Origin: the human T2T-CHM13v2.0 reference genome, Homo sapiens
Assembly: GCF_009914755.1 (NCBI RefSeq)
Contig: NC_060931.1
Reading direction: 5' to 3' (one strand)
DNA length: 64,000 bases
Shown: positions 48,978 through 64,000 of the stretch, piece by piece
Numbering within the stretch: position 1 is the stretch's first letter
Layout of the letters: the number at the start of each line of letters is the position of its first letter
Notes under the pieces: generated by a model
Told to the model about the DNA's origin: nothing
What the model saw: only the letters and a program-made list of their open reading frames with translations
Databases searched by the model: none
Position numbers and translations under genes: made by a program

Positions 48978-50869
48978 TCTGTAAGATATCTCTTACAATC
49001 TGAGAAGAGATGCAAACATTTATTTCTCAATAGCACTCATCGTTAAATATATGTTGTCTAAGATGTAGCATGAGCAACCCCCTCTGATTGTGAAGGCAGC
49101 CAACTGAGAGAGCTCACCAAGAACTAGGAGTGTTCAGTAAGGTTTATTTAACAACCACGGCCACCCCAAGTCTGCCAGGGCTTGGGGAGTGGTGGAGAGA
49201 GGGAGCTAACACAGTCTAGGCTTGGGGGCTCAGGTGTGGGAGGTTGGTGATGAGGCTGAGAGGCCGAGAGGAGCTGCACAGGCTGTGATGCCTTCAGCAC
49301 AGCAGGTCCAGGCCCACGACACTGTTAGGGGCTGAAAAAATGCTTAAATTTCTTCTGTAATCAGGAGGAAAAAACAGTGAACTTTCAGGTTAAAGAAAAA
49401 AAATCGATGTTAATATATTCATCTTTATGCCAATGCATTTGTAAAGCATAATTTTCCATATTTCTAGGGAGGAAGGAGCCGACAAAGACAAAGCGCCCGG
49501 GGCCCAGGAGAGTTTAAGAGCAGCCCTGTGGCTGACTAGCCCCTCCGCACCTGGAGGGCCCATGTGCCTTTGTCTCTCTCCCCTTCCTGTGGCCTCTGGG
49601 CTGGAAAAGGACAGAAGCAATTCTTGATTAGGGACAGATGTGTGCTCTTTTGCTTCACTCTCCGCTGATATTCACAGCAACTTTTGAGATGGCTGGGCCT
49701 GCACTTGCTCCGCTCACGGCTCGAGAGCTCACCTGGTTTCCTGCGATCACACAGCCAGCAGTTCGTGGGCTGCAGCTCCCACCCAGGGACCTTGCCCAAC
49801 GCCTGTGCATTTCCCAGCTCAGCTCTGCGCAGTGAATGCCCCCATAGAAGGAAGCAGAAAGACTTCAAATCCTCCCTTACTCTCCTGTACTCCCCACTGC
49901 CTGACACTTAGCCACACCTCTCCCAAAGGGTTTTATGCTGAACAGCTTAGTGTACTTGCACAATTTCTAGAAGAACCTGAATCCTGTTCTTTGCTCAAAG
50001 CATAAATGCCAAGTGAGAATCCCCTGGAAGAAGAAATGTGAGCAGTGTGGTGAGAGAGGCGCTCAGCTACTGAGAAACCAGTCCCTGAGGTCCAGGGCCT
50101 GAGGCCTAGTCTCAACCCATGATCAGTGGACTGTAACTTTGTCTGACCTTATGCCTTCACAGGGCCTTGGCATTCTGTCTACATTGAGGGAGTGGGTCTT
50201 GATGGTCCCAGACCCCTCTTCTATGAAAATCACATGTCGTTGCTCATAGGCCTTACAACCACAGACGTGCTGGGTCGCGGCAGTGATCAACCAGTGGAGC
50301 CCACGGAGATTTTCCCTGCCTGGACTCTGCACATTGTTGCATGGAAGGGCAGGTTTGGCCATCCTCATAAACATTCGTGATCTAGAAACTGGCCGGGCTG
50401 CAACTCCCACCCAGACCCTGACTAGGCCAGAGCCACTTTAACCAACAGGCTTTTAGGTGAACTCCTTGGCAGAGAAAATCTACTGTGGAAGCGTAAAGCT
50501 GAAGGGAAGTTTCTCTGAGCTCCAACTCTGCTGCCCTGTGAGTGAGTATCGGAGACAGCAGCCAGTCCCGCTGATTTCTGCCCTCTGTGTACCCCAGGCC
50601 TACTGGCTTCAGAGAAAAAGGGCTGCCTTGGTGGGCAGCACCACACTGCCCACTCTCAAATAAACTAAAGAAAACGTTTCTTCCACATATGCTAATTACC
50701 TATTGCTAAACCCAAGGATGGTGGAAGTGTGCTTTATTTGGGGCAATTGACTTATTTGAAAGCAGCCACCAGTGTCTTGCTTCCTAATGTATATGAGGAC
50801 ACGCTCTATGTACCGAGTGTCTCTGGGCAGGGACTGAGTCTCAGGGGACCTGGGGGAAAGAGCCTCACT

Positions 50870-51336
<467 letters not shown>

Positions 51337-51938
51337 CTGCAGAAAGAAAATGATTCAGTGAGCAAATTTTGCAACCTCTGAACTGGAAGGCGGGGATACC
51401 AAGCAAGCCGTGGGTAGGGACACCTGGGCAGTGACTGCATGCCCTGGAGGCCACTTGGATCCCAAGTAAGGGGCGCTTTCCCTCCATGTCTGTAGGAGGT
51501 AGAAATGGCACTGGATTTGGGACTGAGGCAAAAGCTGCTTCTCCTCTTCACCAGCTATTCAACTGGGAACAACACAACGTCGCTTTATTTCAATAGACTA
51601 GAAGCACACATTTATTTTCATGATCGATTCCAACTTTAATGACAAACACTGGTCCAAGTCCTGCCTCTGCCCTTACCTGCCTTTGAAAGAGACAAGCTTG
51701 CCCCTTAGAGCCCCTCTCCTCATCTGGGAAATGAAGACTGTGATGCTGACCTCTCAGGAGGGCATGAAGGCACAGTCACACAATGCACACGAGCCTCAGC
51801 TCAGAGCCTGGGGCAGCACACCCCCTCAAACTTAGTCTTCTTCTCTCCTCTTGATTCTGTCACAGATGGAACTGCACCTTTACGCACCATCTGCTTTTTA
51901 AAACTAATGCTCTCCTCCCTCCTTGCATAAGTAATATA

Positions 51939-52588
51939 CAGGCAATTCTCATTATTGCTGGTAGCTGTGTTCTATCTACAACAGTTGCCATGGCCATAAA
52001 CTCTGAATTAGTGAATACTGAACCATTTCTTCTAGGGGAAATACAATTTCCTGAAGCGTGATCCCAACATTTTTGTCAACAAATCAATACATAAACTTTT
52101 CATGTGTTTTTAAGAGACACTTTATTTAATATATATTGATTCATTAACATTGGACTCACAGCCAACAGCACTGTAACTCCTGTCTGGGGAAGCTTCTCTA
52201 ACACATATATTTTCTCCATAAGGCACGTCTTATGCATAGGATGGCTAGACAGCACTTCTGCACCACATTTGGGGGTCATTTTAAACAGCAAAATCACCCA
52301 GAAGAAAAACATAAAAATGTGAAGGATGTGGCACTGAATAGACAGAGAGAAGGACATGTTTACATTATGAGAGCTGACGCAAGAAGGTAGTGTGTCCCTT
52401 TGTTCAGCCTCAGCTGGGAACATACACATCGGACAAGCACATTCTCCACTACGCTACACATATGTACGTCCCTGAGTGGTCTCAAAAGCACCATGAGTAT
52501 TGATATTTATTGACATTGGGGGTTACAAATGAATTTTAGCAAGTAGGAGAATTTGCATAGGTGGAATATGTGAATAAGAATCAATTGT
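51939..52588 (-). mobile_element. MER82-like Tc1/mariner (Tigger group) non-autonomous DNA transposon
   Basis: TA-flanked; imperfect TIRs caggcaattctcattatt / aataagaatcaattg. Confidence 0.75.
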
Positions 52589-52675
52589 ATTTTCAAAACA
52601 GGACAGTGAACAACACAAAGAAAAAGATAAGCCTAAAATCCCACAACCCAAAATTCTGGCACATGTCTTTCTAGA

Positions 52676-52995
<320 letters not shown>

Positions 52996-53450
52996 TCTAG
53001 AATATTTTCTATTTATGAGAGACAATTGCATGCTAGGGATGGACTCACAGCCAACAGCACTGTAACTCCTGTCTGGGGAAGCTTCTCTAACACATGTATT
53101 TTCTCCATAAGGCACGTCTTGTGCATAGGATGGCACAAGGAAAATGCATAGGGATGCATTTTCAAATCTTTTTCATACTCCAAAGTTTTGTAGATGAGGA
53201 AATGGAAGCTCAGAGAGGCAATGTGACATGCCCAAGATCACATGACCAGTAATTGCAGAAATAGGATTCAAATTTATAGCTGGCTCCAGGACAAATTTAA
53301 GATAAATTTTCCCATGGGAGTTAAGTGCTTAGGAATACTCTAAATTCACTGTTATTAGCAATGGTGATGACCTTACTATCAGCTTCCAGCACTTCTCTAT
53401 TTTCCCATTGTCCATGCTGGGATTTTTAACAATTTTTGTGAGGTTAAAGG

Positions 53451-53825
53451 TGGTAAAGAAAAATTGTTCACCAGGCACTTGTTAAAAGTGACAAGACAGA
53501 TTTTACTCAAGACCACTGCAATAGGGATAGAATGTTGCAAAAGGGGAGGGGCTGAACTCAATTCCAAAAACAACAGGGGCACATAGGGACTTACAGCCAA
53601 TGGTCAGGTGAGAGGGTCCCTGGGTGGAAAATTACTAAGAGGAACTTGGGTAAGTATCAAGGGTGGAGGGGAAAAAGGAACTCTGGATGAGATACCAAAA
53701 GTGGAAGCACATGAGCCTGATTGGACATCAAAGTTGTGCTCAGAAGGCCAAGGAGGAGACTTGGCTAAGCTCTTCCCCCTTGGGCCAGAGGAGCTTGGCT
53801 GATGTTTGGTCAAGGTACTTTGACA
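53451..53825 (-). mobile_element. ERV1 solo LTR, MER31/MER67-like
   Basis: tggtaaagaaaaattgttcaccaggcacttgttaaaa...tttgaca; resemblance recalled from memory. Confidence 0.55.
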
Positions 53826-54388
53826 AAGGTAAACCTGCTAGAATGTGCTTTTCCTTCCATTGGCATTCTCTCTAATATTTTTACTTCCATGTTCTCTGTT
53901 AAATGAACAGTTACAGAAGTTTTTATGTCATTTCAAGGCTTATTAGATCCAGCCCCCATGTTAAAGCTATTGTTTGAGGATGCATTTCTCAGCTAGTGAG
54001 TGCTTGAGTGGCAGTGATTGAGACGTAAGATTAGACTCTAGATTATAGCAACAGCAAATGCCAAACTAACAAGCATGAGAACAACCACAATGACTGTCTG
54101 AAGTTCTGTTGCACCTTTGTGCTTCTTAAGCCAACGACCAAGGAGTGTCCTGTTCACCAGCAAAACATCATGGCCATGTGCTAAAGCAGCCAGCTTACAA
54201 TTCCTTGGGGCCTGCAGGCTTTGAAATTAGTTTTTAGTTTGAAGTGACTGTTTTTTTTTAATTTTGCACATACAGTGAAACTTGGTTTTCACCTCAAGTG
54301 GAAGTATTTCAAATTAATATGACTCAAATTTTTAACTCAAATGGTATCACACTGCAGATCTTTTTGCTAGCCTGTTTTTCTTTACTAA

Positions 54389-54976
<588 letters not shown>

Positions 54977-56592
54977 TAACAGCATGTATTAGCTGTACAA
55001 CCCAGCGTAAATTGCTGCCATGCTAAACCTCATTTTCTTTAACTGGCAACAAAAATTGTGACAATAATAGTATAGGTACACCCCGTTTTATTGCATTTTT
55101 TACAAATAGAAGGTTTGTGACAACCCTGAATCCAGCAAGTCTATAGGCACAATGTTTCCAAAAGCATGTGCTCACTCAATGACTCTGTGTTACATTTCAG
55201 AAACTTTTGTAATATTTCAAACCATTTCATTATTATTAATCTGTTATAGTGATCTATGGTCGGCAATCTTTGATGTTACTATTGTAATTGTTTTGGGACA
55301 GCATGGACCACACCCACATGATGGTCAACTTAATAAATTTGTGTCTGACTGAACCACTGACCCGTTATTCGCCTGTCTTTCTTCCTTTCCTTGGGCCTCC
55401 CTGTTCTCTAAGATGTGACAAAATTGAAATTAGGTCAGTTAGTAACACTGCAATGGCCTCTAAGTATTCAAGTGACAGGAAGAGTAGGTAGTATGTCTCT
55501 CACTTTAAATCAAAAGCTAGAAATGATTCAGCTGAGTGAGGAAGGCATGTCAAAAGTTGAGCCAGGTCAAAAGTGAAGCCAAACAGTTATCCAGGCTATG
55601 AAAGCAATGGAAAAGTTATTGAAGGAAATTAGAAGTATAACTCCAGTGAGCACATGAATGCTAAGCAAAATAGCCTTATTTCTGATATGGAGAGTATTTT
55701 AATGGTCTGAATTGAAGATCAAACCAGCCACAACATTTCCTTAAGCCAAAGCGTAATCCAGAGTAAGGTCTTAACTGTCTTCAATTCTATGAAGACTGAA
55801 AGAGGTGAGAAAGTTGCAGAAAAAATGCCTGAAGTTAGCAGAGTTTTGTTCATGAGGTTTATGGAAAGAAGCTGTCTCCATTACATAGAAGTGCAAGGTG
55901 AAACAGCAAGAGCCAGTGGAGAAGCTGCAGCAAGTTATCCAGAAGATCCAGCAAAGATAATCCATGAAGGTGGCTACGGTAAACCATAGATTTTCAATAT
56001 AGACATCATAGCCTTCTATTGGAACAAGAAGCCCTCTAGGGCTTTCATAGCCAGAGAGGAGAAGTCAATGCCCGGCTTCAAAACTTCAAAGTACAGGCTG
56101 ACTCTCAAAGGGGGTAACACAGCTGGTGACTTTAAGTTGCAGCCTATGCTTACTTATTATTCTGAAAATCCTAGGGCCCTTAAAAACTATGCCAAATCTA
56201 CTCTTCCTGTGCTTTATAAATGGAACAACAAAGCCTGGATGACAGCACATCTGTTTACAGTATGGTTTACTGAATATTTGAAGACTATTGTTGAGAGAGA
56301 CTTCTCAGAAGGAAAGATTCCTTTCAAAAATATTACTGCTCATTGACAATGCACCTGGTCACTCAAGAGCAAGATGTACAAGGAAATTAATGTTTTCATT
56401 CCTGCTAACTCGACATCCATTCTACAGTCCATTGATCAAAGAGTAATTTAGACTTTCAAGTCTTATTAAGAAATGCATTTCATAAGGCTGCATCTGCCAT
56501 AGATAGTCATTCCTCTGATGAACTTCAGCAAAGTAAATTAAAAACCTTTTGGAAAGAATTTACTATTCTAGATGCCATTAAGAACATTTGTG

Positions 56593-56891
56593 GGCCGGGC
56601 GCAGTGGCTCACTCCTGTAATCCCAGCACTTTGGGAGGCCAAGGCGGGTGGATCACGAGGTCAGGAGATCGAGACCATCCTGGCTAACACGGTGAAACCC
56701 CATCTGTACTAAAAATACAAAAAAAATTAGCCAGGTGTGGTGGCGGGCTCCTGTAGTCCCAGCTACTCGGGAGGCTGAGGCAACAGAATGGCATGAACCT
56801 GGGAGGCGGAGCTTGCAGCAGTAAGCCAAGATCACACCACTGCACTCCAGCCTGGGCGACAGAGCAAGACTCTGTCTCAAAAAAAAAAAAA
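56593..56891 (+). mobile_element. AluY inside Tigger1
   Basis: 13-bp TSD aagaacatttgtg. Confidence 0.95.
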
Positions 56892-57682
56892 AAGAACATT
56901 TGTGATTCATGGAAAGAGGTCACAATATCAACATTAACAGGAGGTGGAAGAAGTTGATTCCAATCCTCACAGATGACTTCAAGTTTCAAAATTTCAGTGG
57001 AAGAAGTCACTGCAGATATGGTGGAAATAGAGAACTAGAATTTTAAATGGAGCCTGAAGATATGACTGAATTGCTGCAATCTCATGATAAAATTGGACAG
57101 ATTAGTTGCTTCTCGTGGATGAGCAAAGACATCTTGAGATAGAGTCTATTCTTGTTGAAGAGGCTGTGAGTATTGTTGAAACAACAGCAAAGGATTTAGA
57201 ATATTACATAAACTGAGTTGCTAAAGCAGCAGCAAGATTTAAGAGAACTGACTCCAATTCTGAAAGAAGTTCTACTGGGGGTAAAATGCTATCAAACAGC
57301 ATCACATGCTACAGAGGCATCCTTCATGAAAGGAAGAGTTGATCGATGCAGCAAACTTCATTGTTACTTTGTTTTAAGGAATTGCCACAGCTACCATAAC
57401 TTTCAGGTACTACCACCCTGACCAGTCAGCAGCCATCGACATGGAGGCAAGACCCTGCACCAGCAAAAAGATTATGTTTGCTGAAGGATCAGATGATCGT
57501 TAGCATTTTTAGCAATACATTATTTTTAAATTAAGGTATATACTTTTTATATATAATGTTATTGCACACTTAATAGACTACAGTATAGTGTAAACAGAAC
57601 TTTTGTATGCACTGGAGAGAAAAAATTCATGCAACTCCCTTTATGGTGGTCACCTGGAACTGAATTTGCAATATTTCTGAGG

Positions 57683-58095
57683 TGTGAACACCGAAAATTT
57701 GAGACAGGTCTCAGTTAATTTAGAAAGTTTATTTTGCCAAGGTTGAGGACACACCCGTGACACAGCCTCAGGAAGTCCTTATGACATGTGGCCAAGCTTG
57801 GTTTTATACATTTTAGGGAGACAGGAGACATCAATCAATTTGAAAGAAGTACATTAGTTCCATCCAGAAAGGTGAGACAGTGCAAAGCAAGGCCCTCCCG
57901 CTGTGGGCTCCCAGGTCACGGTAGGTGAGATACAGTTAGTTGCATTCTTTTGAGTTTCTGATAAGTCTTTCTAAAGAAGGCAATCAAAATATGCATCTAT
58001 CTCTGTGAGCAAAGGGATGACTTGAATAGAATGGGAGACAGATTTTCCCTGAGTGGTTCCCAGCTTGAAAGGGCCTAAGATATTTTCCTTTCACA
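57683..58095 (-). mobile_element. MER4A1-like solo LTR inside the Tigger1 3' TIR
   Basis: Ends in aagatattttcctttcaca, the reverse complement of the MER4A-type start seen at 43189; flanks (t/a)gagg. Confidence 0.85.
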
Positions 58096-58449
58096 AGAGG
58101 TATGCCCGTAATACCTTGAAGAACTTTGTGTAACAACTAAATAAATAAATGGTAACAAATTAGCACTCAATAAATGTCAGCTATTAGCTTTTCCAAATAA
58201 TCCTAAAATGTGCAACCTCTTGTTTACGTTTCTGCACACTTTCTTTTGCATTAAAAATTTATAAAAAGGAGAACACTTATTTTATAATTTATTTAGAACA
58301 AATTCTTCTAGAGATAAATATTTTTAGTGTCTTGAAAATATATTGCCAAATTTTCCCCTAAAACATGTATAAGAATGCTCATTTTACCATACAATCACTG
58401 GGCTTGAATATCCATTTTAAGTTTAACCAGCCTTAATGATTCCGTTGTA

Positions 58450-58750
<301 letters not shown>

Positions 58751-59578
58751 CCATTGTACTTTGACTAATGAAACTGAATAGCTTTTTCGTGTGTTTCTTT
58801 GCCATTTGGATTACTTTTTTACTGAATTTCTTGCTCACTGCATTCTTTTCCACTAGGGTGTTAGATATTTCCTATTTAATTGTGAGAGTTCTAATATACT
58901 AATAATTCTACTCTTACGTCTGTTAAATGTTTTGCAGGCATTTTCCTCATTTTTGTTGGACCCAATTTGCTTATAATTCTATTCTGACCTATGAGAATGT
59001 CAATTTTTATGTAGTGAAATCTCATAATCTTTTCTTCAGGACTTGTACCTGATGTGTGACTATTAGCAATGCCTTTTGAAGCAAATATTCTAGCTATATC
59101 TATTTGCCCTCCTGGGGGGCCACACATGTGAGGCAGCAAGCTGAAGACTCAGAAGGGGTAGCTGGGAAAGATTCAGAAAGACGCTCAGCTTCTGGGGGTA
59201 TCAGCTTTAAGTCACAGCACCAGGCCAAAGCATGTGGCTCTGGAATAAAAAAACACAACAAGCAGACACATACCACATACACCAAAAGAAATATTCCTAG
59301 TCAAAGTGTAAAGTAAGACCTGGTTCTTATATTTTAAATTATTCTCTGTTATTTATTCACAGATTATTTCCCACAAAGACCTTTTTAGAAGGCTCTTAGC
59401 ATGAAGCCACAGAGAATCTTGTGCTCATTTGTAGCTGTTTGATATTTTATGCCCCCAAGCTGTGTAAATATTAGCTGGAAGACTTAGCCTATGATAAAGG
59501 CTGTGGCTTATGCCTCTCCAGGCCCTTGAAATAGCTTCTGTTGACATAATCTGCCCAGTGTTCCAGCAGCTGCACACG

Positions 59579-59640
59579 ACACTATTCTCCACACTATTCT
59601 CTACCCCACACTATTCTCCATGCTGCGCTATTCTCCATGC
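59579..59640. repeat. Short degenerate tandem repeat of ctattctc(c/t)a, four copies
   Basis: Direct inspection. Confidence 0.8.
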
Positions 59641-60670
59641 AGCCCCTGTGGTGCATTGCCTGTGCACGGTGAGCTGGCTGCCTCCCTGGACTTCTGGCTC
59701 AATGTCTTTTTGCATCAGCAACAGTCAGAGCTCATCTCCAGCCCCACATGCTTCAAGAAGAGATGGACTCCCCTGAACTCCCTCAGACCTCCTGCTTGAC
59801 CTGTGGGGTTATTTTGTTGTAATGCAACATTTCAATAACACCCTTTGCTAATGGTGGGCTTCTCCAAGCAGGGTCCTCAACTTATTTATTTTTGCATTTG
59901 CAGGACCAGTCAGGGGCCCTGGACAACAGAGAGCACTGTAGGTATTTGCTGAATGATGAATGAATGAATGATATTTGGTCCTCTAGACATTTTGTTTCTG
60001 TAATATACCCTATTGGACTCTACTCTCTACCTTTGAGACAATTCAAATCACCAGCCCCTCACATATTTGCCACAAGGAAGAGTCACAGGAGACACTATGG
60101 CTCAGAAGCCACAGCCCCTCCCACCATTGAGTCTTGACCACTTCCACCTGTGCCATCTCCTGTCTCAGTCCCTGCCCAACATCTAGCCCTCCATGTTCAG
60201 CACTTGACTAAGTGTCCTGCAGTCTGGGCACTGCAATTTCACTCTTAGGACTTCTCTGCCACAGCCACTGAAGAGAATGCAGCCCAGGCCCCTAGCACCA
60301 CGGGCAAGCCCATCCACGCCACTGTGCATGTGAGGTAGTGGATTCCTCACAAGCCCGGAGTGGGGATGGCAACCATGCACTGTGGATCTGTCCATGGTAC
60401 TGCCTGTTCATGCACGCAAGACATGATTTTGCTGCAAACACCGGGACACTGGAGACTTTGTTCAGCCTCTCTTGACTTTCCTTTTCCATCCTGATGAAAA
60501 AAATAGGGTTGACATTTTTTACACTATTCCAGTAAAAAGGAGCCATAGTTTATGTCTCAGAAAACACGTAAGCTTTTGGGCCTGAGGCTCTGGCTCACTA
60601 TCCCCCTCAAGCATATACTTATAAATCCAGGCACAACACTAATTTGGCTGATTTCCCCCTGGATTAGCTG

Positions 60671-61004
<334 letters not shown>

Positions 61005-62879
61005 TGACTGGTTTCTTGATGGACATTTTCTCTGTGGGTTCAAAGACCATAAAAATATTCAGTAGGAGAAATGCTTCCAAGCAAGACCATAAAGAAGTTT
61101 CTAGCCATGAGAGCTTTTTAATCACAGGAGAATGGCTATCTGATAAACTTGCCTCAAAAAAACATCCTCTAAGTTCTTTCTTTAACCCTTAAGACTCTGG
61201 TTACACAACAGGCCACTAAGAAGCTTTACATGAGCATTTTTGTCAGTGGCCAGGAGGTACGTGAATAATCTAAATCCGCTCACAAGTGGCCTCCAGCTAC
61301 ACCACCAAGTGTCAGGCAGACCTGAGGTCAAGAGTCACTGCTTTCAGTTACTCTGTTACCTTTAACCTCCACCCCTTTCTGAGGCTCCTTCTCAGCCTCT
61401 GTGAAAGCAAGAATGCATGCAAATACCTCCCTCCAGTGCTGTTGGGAAGATGAATGAGATGACGGGGTGAGAGCCTGCTGCAGAGTCAGTGTTCAGTAAA
61501 ATGTTTTCATTAATAATAGGGCAACTGTGGGGGGCAGGGGGAGAGGGGAAATATGAGGACTCTCTACTTTCTGTCCAATTTTCCTTTATACCTGAAACTG
61601 CCGTGAAAGTCTATTAATTTTCTTTAAGTAAAAAATAAAATTAACTGGGCAGAAGTGGCCTCATTTTGAGGCTTTTGAGGCCGGCTTCCTCAGCTCCTTC
61701 CTTCCTCCCTTTCTAGGACACATTATCTTCACTTGTATTTCTCTTCCACAGCTCTCAAACTCATCTGTTTACAAACTGGAAATCCACTGTTTTGCAACTG
61801 CTGGGTTTTTTTAGCTTACAAGACTTAGGTAGCGCTGACAGATTTGTCAGATTCTTTGATGAGATAACAGTCAGGGACTAGAGCCAGAGTTAGTGCTCAG
61901 GCCTACTTTCCATACAACTGCTCTTCTCAGAGACTGTGGTCCTCAAAGCCAATTATTCTACATGATTGACCCCAGGTTCCCGCAGCATTCTTCAGAAAGT
62001 CATGAAGATTCTGTGTCACTGAGGCCCTTAGCACATGAGTTTTCTCAACTACAGAGAGAGAAACATCACAGACTTCCTCACATGGGTAAAAAGCAACATA
62101 AAGTGTTCTGGGAGGCAGCATGGCGCTGCGGGGGAGAAGGGTGGACTCTGGATCCAGAGAACTCGGCTTGCATCTTATCTCCAAGGCTTATTAGCTGGGT
62201 GACCTTAGGTAACCGAGGAAGCTCAGGTAAACTCTATGGCCAATATGATGCACTCCCATCCCTCGGATGGAGAGATGGGAGAGACTGTGCTCCTGGAACC
62301 AGGATCCAGGCTGTCCGTGCAAAGCTGCCACCAGGTCAGGCTTGCCGGGTCAGCAGGCATGGAGGAGGAGGCTGAGCCAGTGTCACGGGGATGGTGGTAC
62401 CTCTGCCTTCGAACCTCCCACTAAACCTCCCATTGGCAGAACCCTACCACAATCCGGGTGTCCTGGGTTCCTGAGAAGCATGGCTTGTGTGGTTTGGAGT
62501 CAGTGGGGGAGACAAGAGATCTGTTGGAAACGAGACCCAGGACAGGCTGACATCTTAGCTCCTTTAATGCTTTATTGGTGAGAGCTATTACTATGCTCAT
62601 TTTAAAAGGGAGGGACCTGGGACCCAGAGAAGGAAAGGACTGTCCCAGGTGTGAAGCTGGTTGCAGCAAAGCCAAGGCAGAACCCCTGTTTCCTTCATCC
62701 TGTAGGCCAAAGTGTCTCTACTTATAATTGACACAATAAAGCCAGGGCACCACACACACACATACGCACACACACTTGTGACTGTCTTACACTTGTACCA
62801 CTACTTTTATGTAAACCCGGGTGTTCTTGTTTAAATAGGCACTCTCTCATTGGTCTAAAAAATAGTTAACATTGATATG

Positions 62880-63080
62880 AACTTACATGTGCCAAGAACC
62901 ACGTTAAGCTCTTTGCCTGGTTCTCGTATTTAATCTTCATAAGAACCTTGTCAGGACTACTATTACTCCCTTTAACAGATGAGAAGACCGAGGCACAGAG
63001 AGGCTGCACAACTGAACCAAGACTCCACACCTGCTGTAGTCAGATGAGGCCACAGTTGAATTCCTGCAGTCTGGCTCCTG
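62880..63080 (-). mobile_element. MIR
   Basis: tttaacagatgagaagaccgaggcacagagagg core. Confidence 0.75.
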
Positions 63081-63385
63081 AAGGCACCTGAGAGAATGTC
63101 CTGGACTCAAACACAGGTACAGAGCATCTCTAACAGCTGTAGCCAGATGCATATCAGTTGATGAAAAGAGCATGGCTTAAGTAACTTCAGGATTAGAAAC
63201 TTGTAATACCAGTTTCTCCTAGGGCTGCAAGGAATGATTTCCCGAATGCCTACTGAGGACCACAGGGGCACCGCAGCTTCCACGGTGCCTTGTTTGCTTA
63301 TAGATCATGTTCGTTACAAATGGTAACCAGAAAGAGAAAGGGTTTGGGCAGCTCTTGGCTGGAGGTGAGACCGTGGCCAAGCCCC

Positions 63386-63739
63386 CTATCTTAGTCCCTT
63401 TGGGCTACTATAAAAAGTACTATAGACTGGGCAGCTTATAAACAACAGACAATGATTTCTTAGAGTTCTGAGGCTGGAAGTCCAAGATTAAGGCCCCGGC
63501 AGATTTGGTATCTGGTGAGGCTTGTTTCTCATAGACATAGCCTTCTCTCTATGTCCTCACATGGTGAAAGGGGTGATGGGTCTCTCTAGGGTCTCTTTTA
63601 TAAGGTTACTCATTCCATTCATGAGGGCTCTGACTTCATGACCTAATCATCTCTCAAAGTTCCTATTTCCTAATACATTGCAGGCAAGGATTTCAACATA
63701 GGAATGTTGGGAGAAACACACACGTCCACTCCATTGCAG
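63386..63739 (-). mobile_element. MLT1A-like LTR
   Basis: tcttagtccctttgggctactataa...ttctgaggctggaagtccaagat...tccattgca. Confidence 0.8.
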
Positions 63740-64000
63740 CTCCACTTGCAATCTGTACCATGGCCATCATCCTAGGCACCACACAAAACCATGAAGAGAG
63801 TACAAGATAATTACAAAGTAGATGCTCGAAGCATAGCATTTCACTCTCCACACCTGTGCAAATTCAGGAGGAATCAAATCCATCATCTCAAGGGAGTTTC
63901 TGTCCAGAAAGGAACTCCTGTAAGGGACTTTGCACTGGGTCCTAAGTCCCACTCCGCCCAGCTGGCCTCCTTGGCGAGATTGGTCTGCGTTGGAAAATGG

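Larger units (their letters stand above)
38980..50690 (+). ncRNA. DDC-AS1: Probable span of antisense lncRNA DDC-AS1 (boundaries approximate, exon structure not resolved)
   Basis: Recalled annotation places an antisense RNA across DDC introns 2-4. The sequence shows a + strand AATAAA at 50659-50664 near the expected 3' end. Otherwise not derivable from sequence. Confidence 0.4.
55073..58108 (+). mobile_element. Near full-length Tigger1 DNA transposon (decayed pogo-like transposase)
   Basis: TA-flanked TIRs (taggtacaccccgttttattg ... gaggtatgcccg); transposase remnants 55789-55989 and 56068-56346; frameshifted [13 protein letters not shown] motif near 56332. Confidence 0.92.

Noticed and set aside
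55789-56346. Transposase-like ORFs as a possible TIGD-type gene
   Set aside because: Frameshifted pieces of a Tigger1 copy interrupted by an Alu.
61519-61548. G-quadruplex-like G-run cluster
   Set aside because: Lies in what looks like an old L1 3' end fragment; no evidence of function from sequence alone.

Overview
Primate (almost certainly human, 7p12) genomic DNA covering most of the DDC gene (aromatic L-amino acid decarboxylase / DOPA decarboxylase) on the minus strand. Coding exons 2-9 are present with canonical GT-AG junctions, including the PLP-binding Lys303 exon. An alternative terminal exon in intron 9 (154-226) gives a 338-aa truncated isoform. The non-coding first exons and exons 10-15 lie outside the window. 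Introns are packed with repeats: about 23 Alus, a full-length L1PB1 nested in older L1 sequence, a Tigger1, MER82 and several solo LTRs (MST, MLT1, MER4A-like, LTR22-like), many nested in one another. I found no support for a wholly new gene or biological system. The best leads are splicing-related (an Alu-derived cryptic donor at intron 6 +38; inverted Alus flanking the stop-free 279-nt exon 5-6 unit; an Alu hairpin before the alternative last exon) and several small, apparently recent local rearrangements. Repeat subfamily names are from recalled consensus sequences, not from a search.
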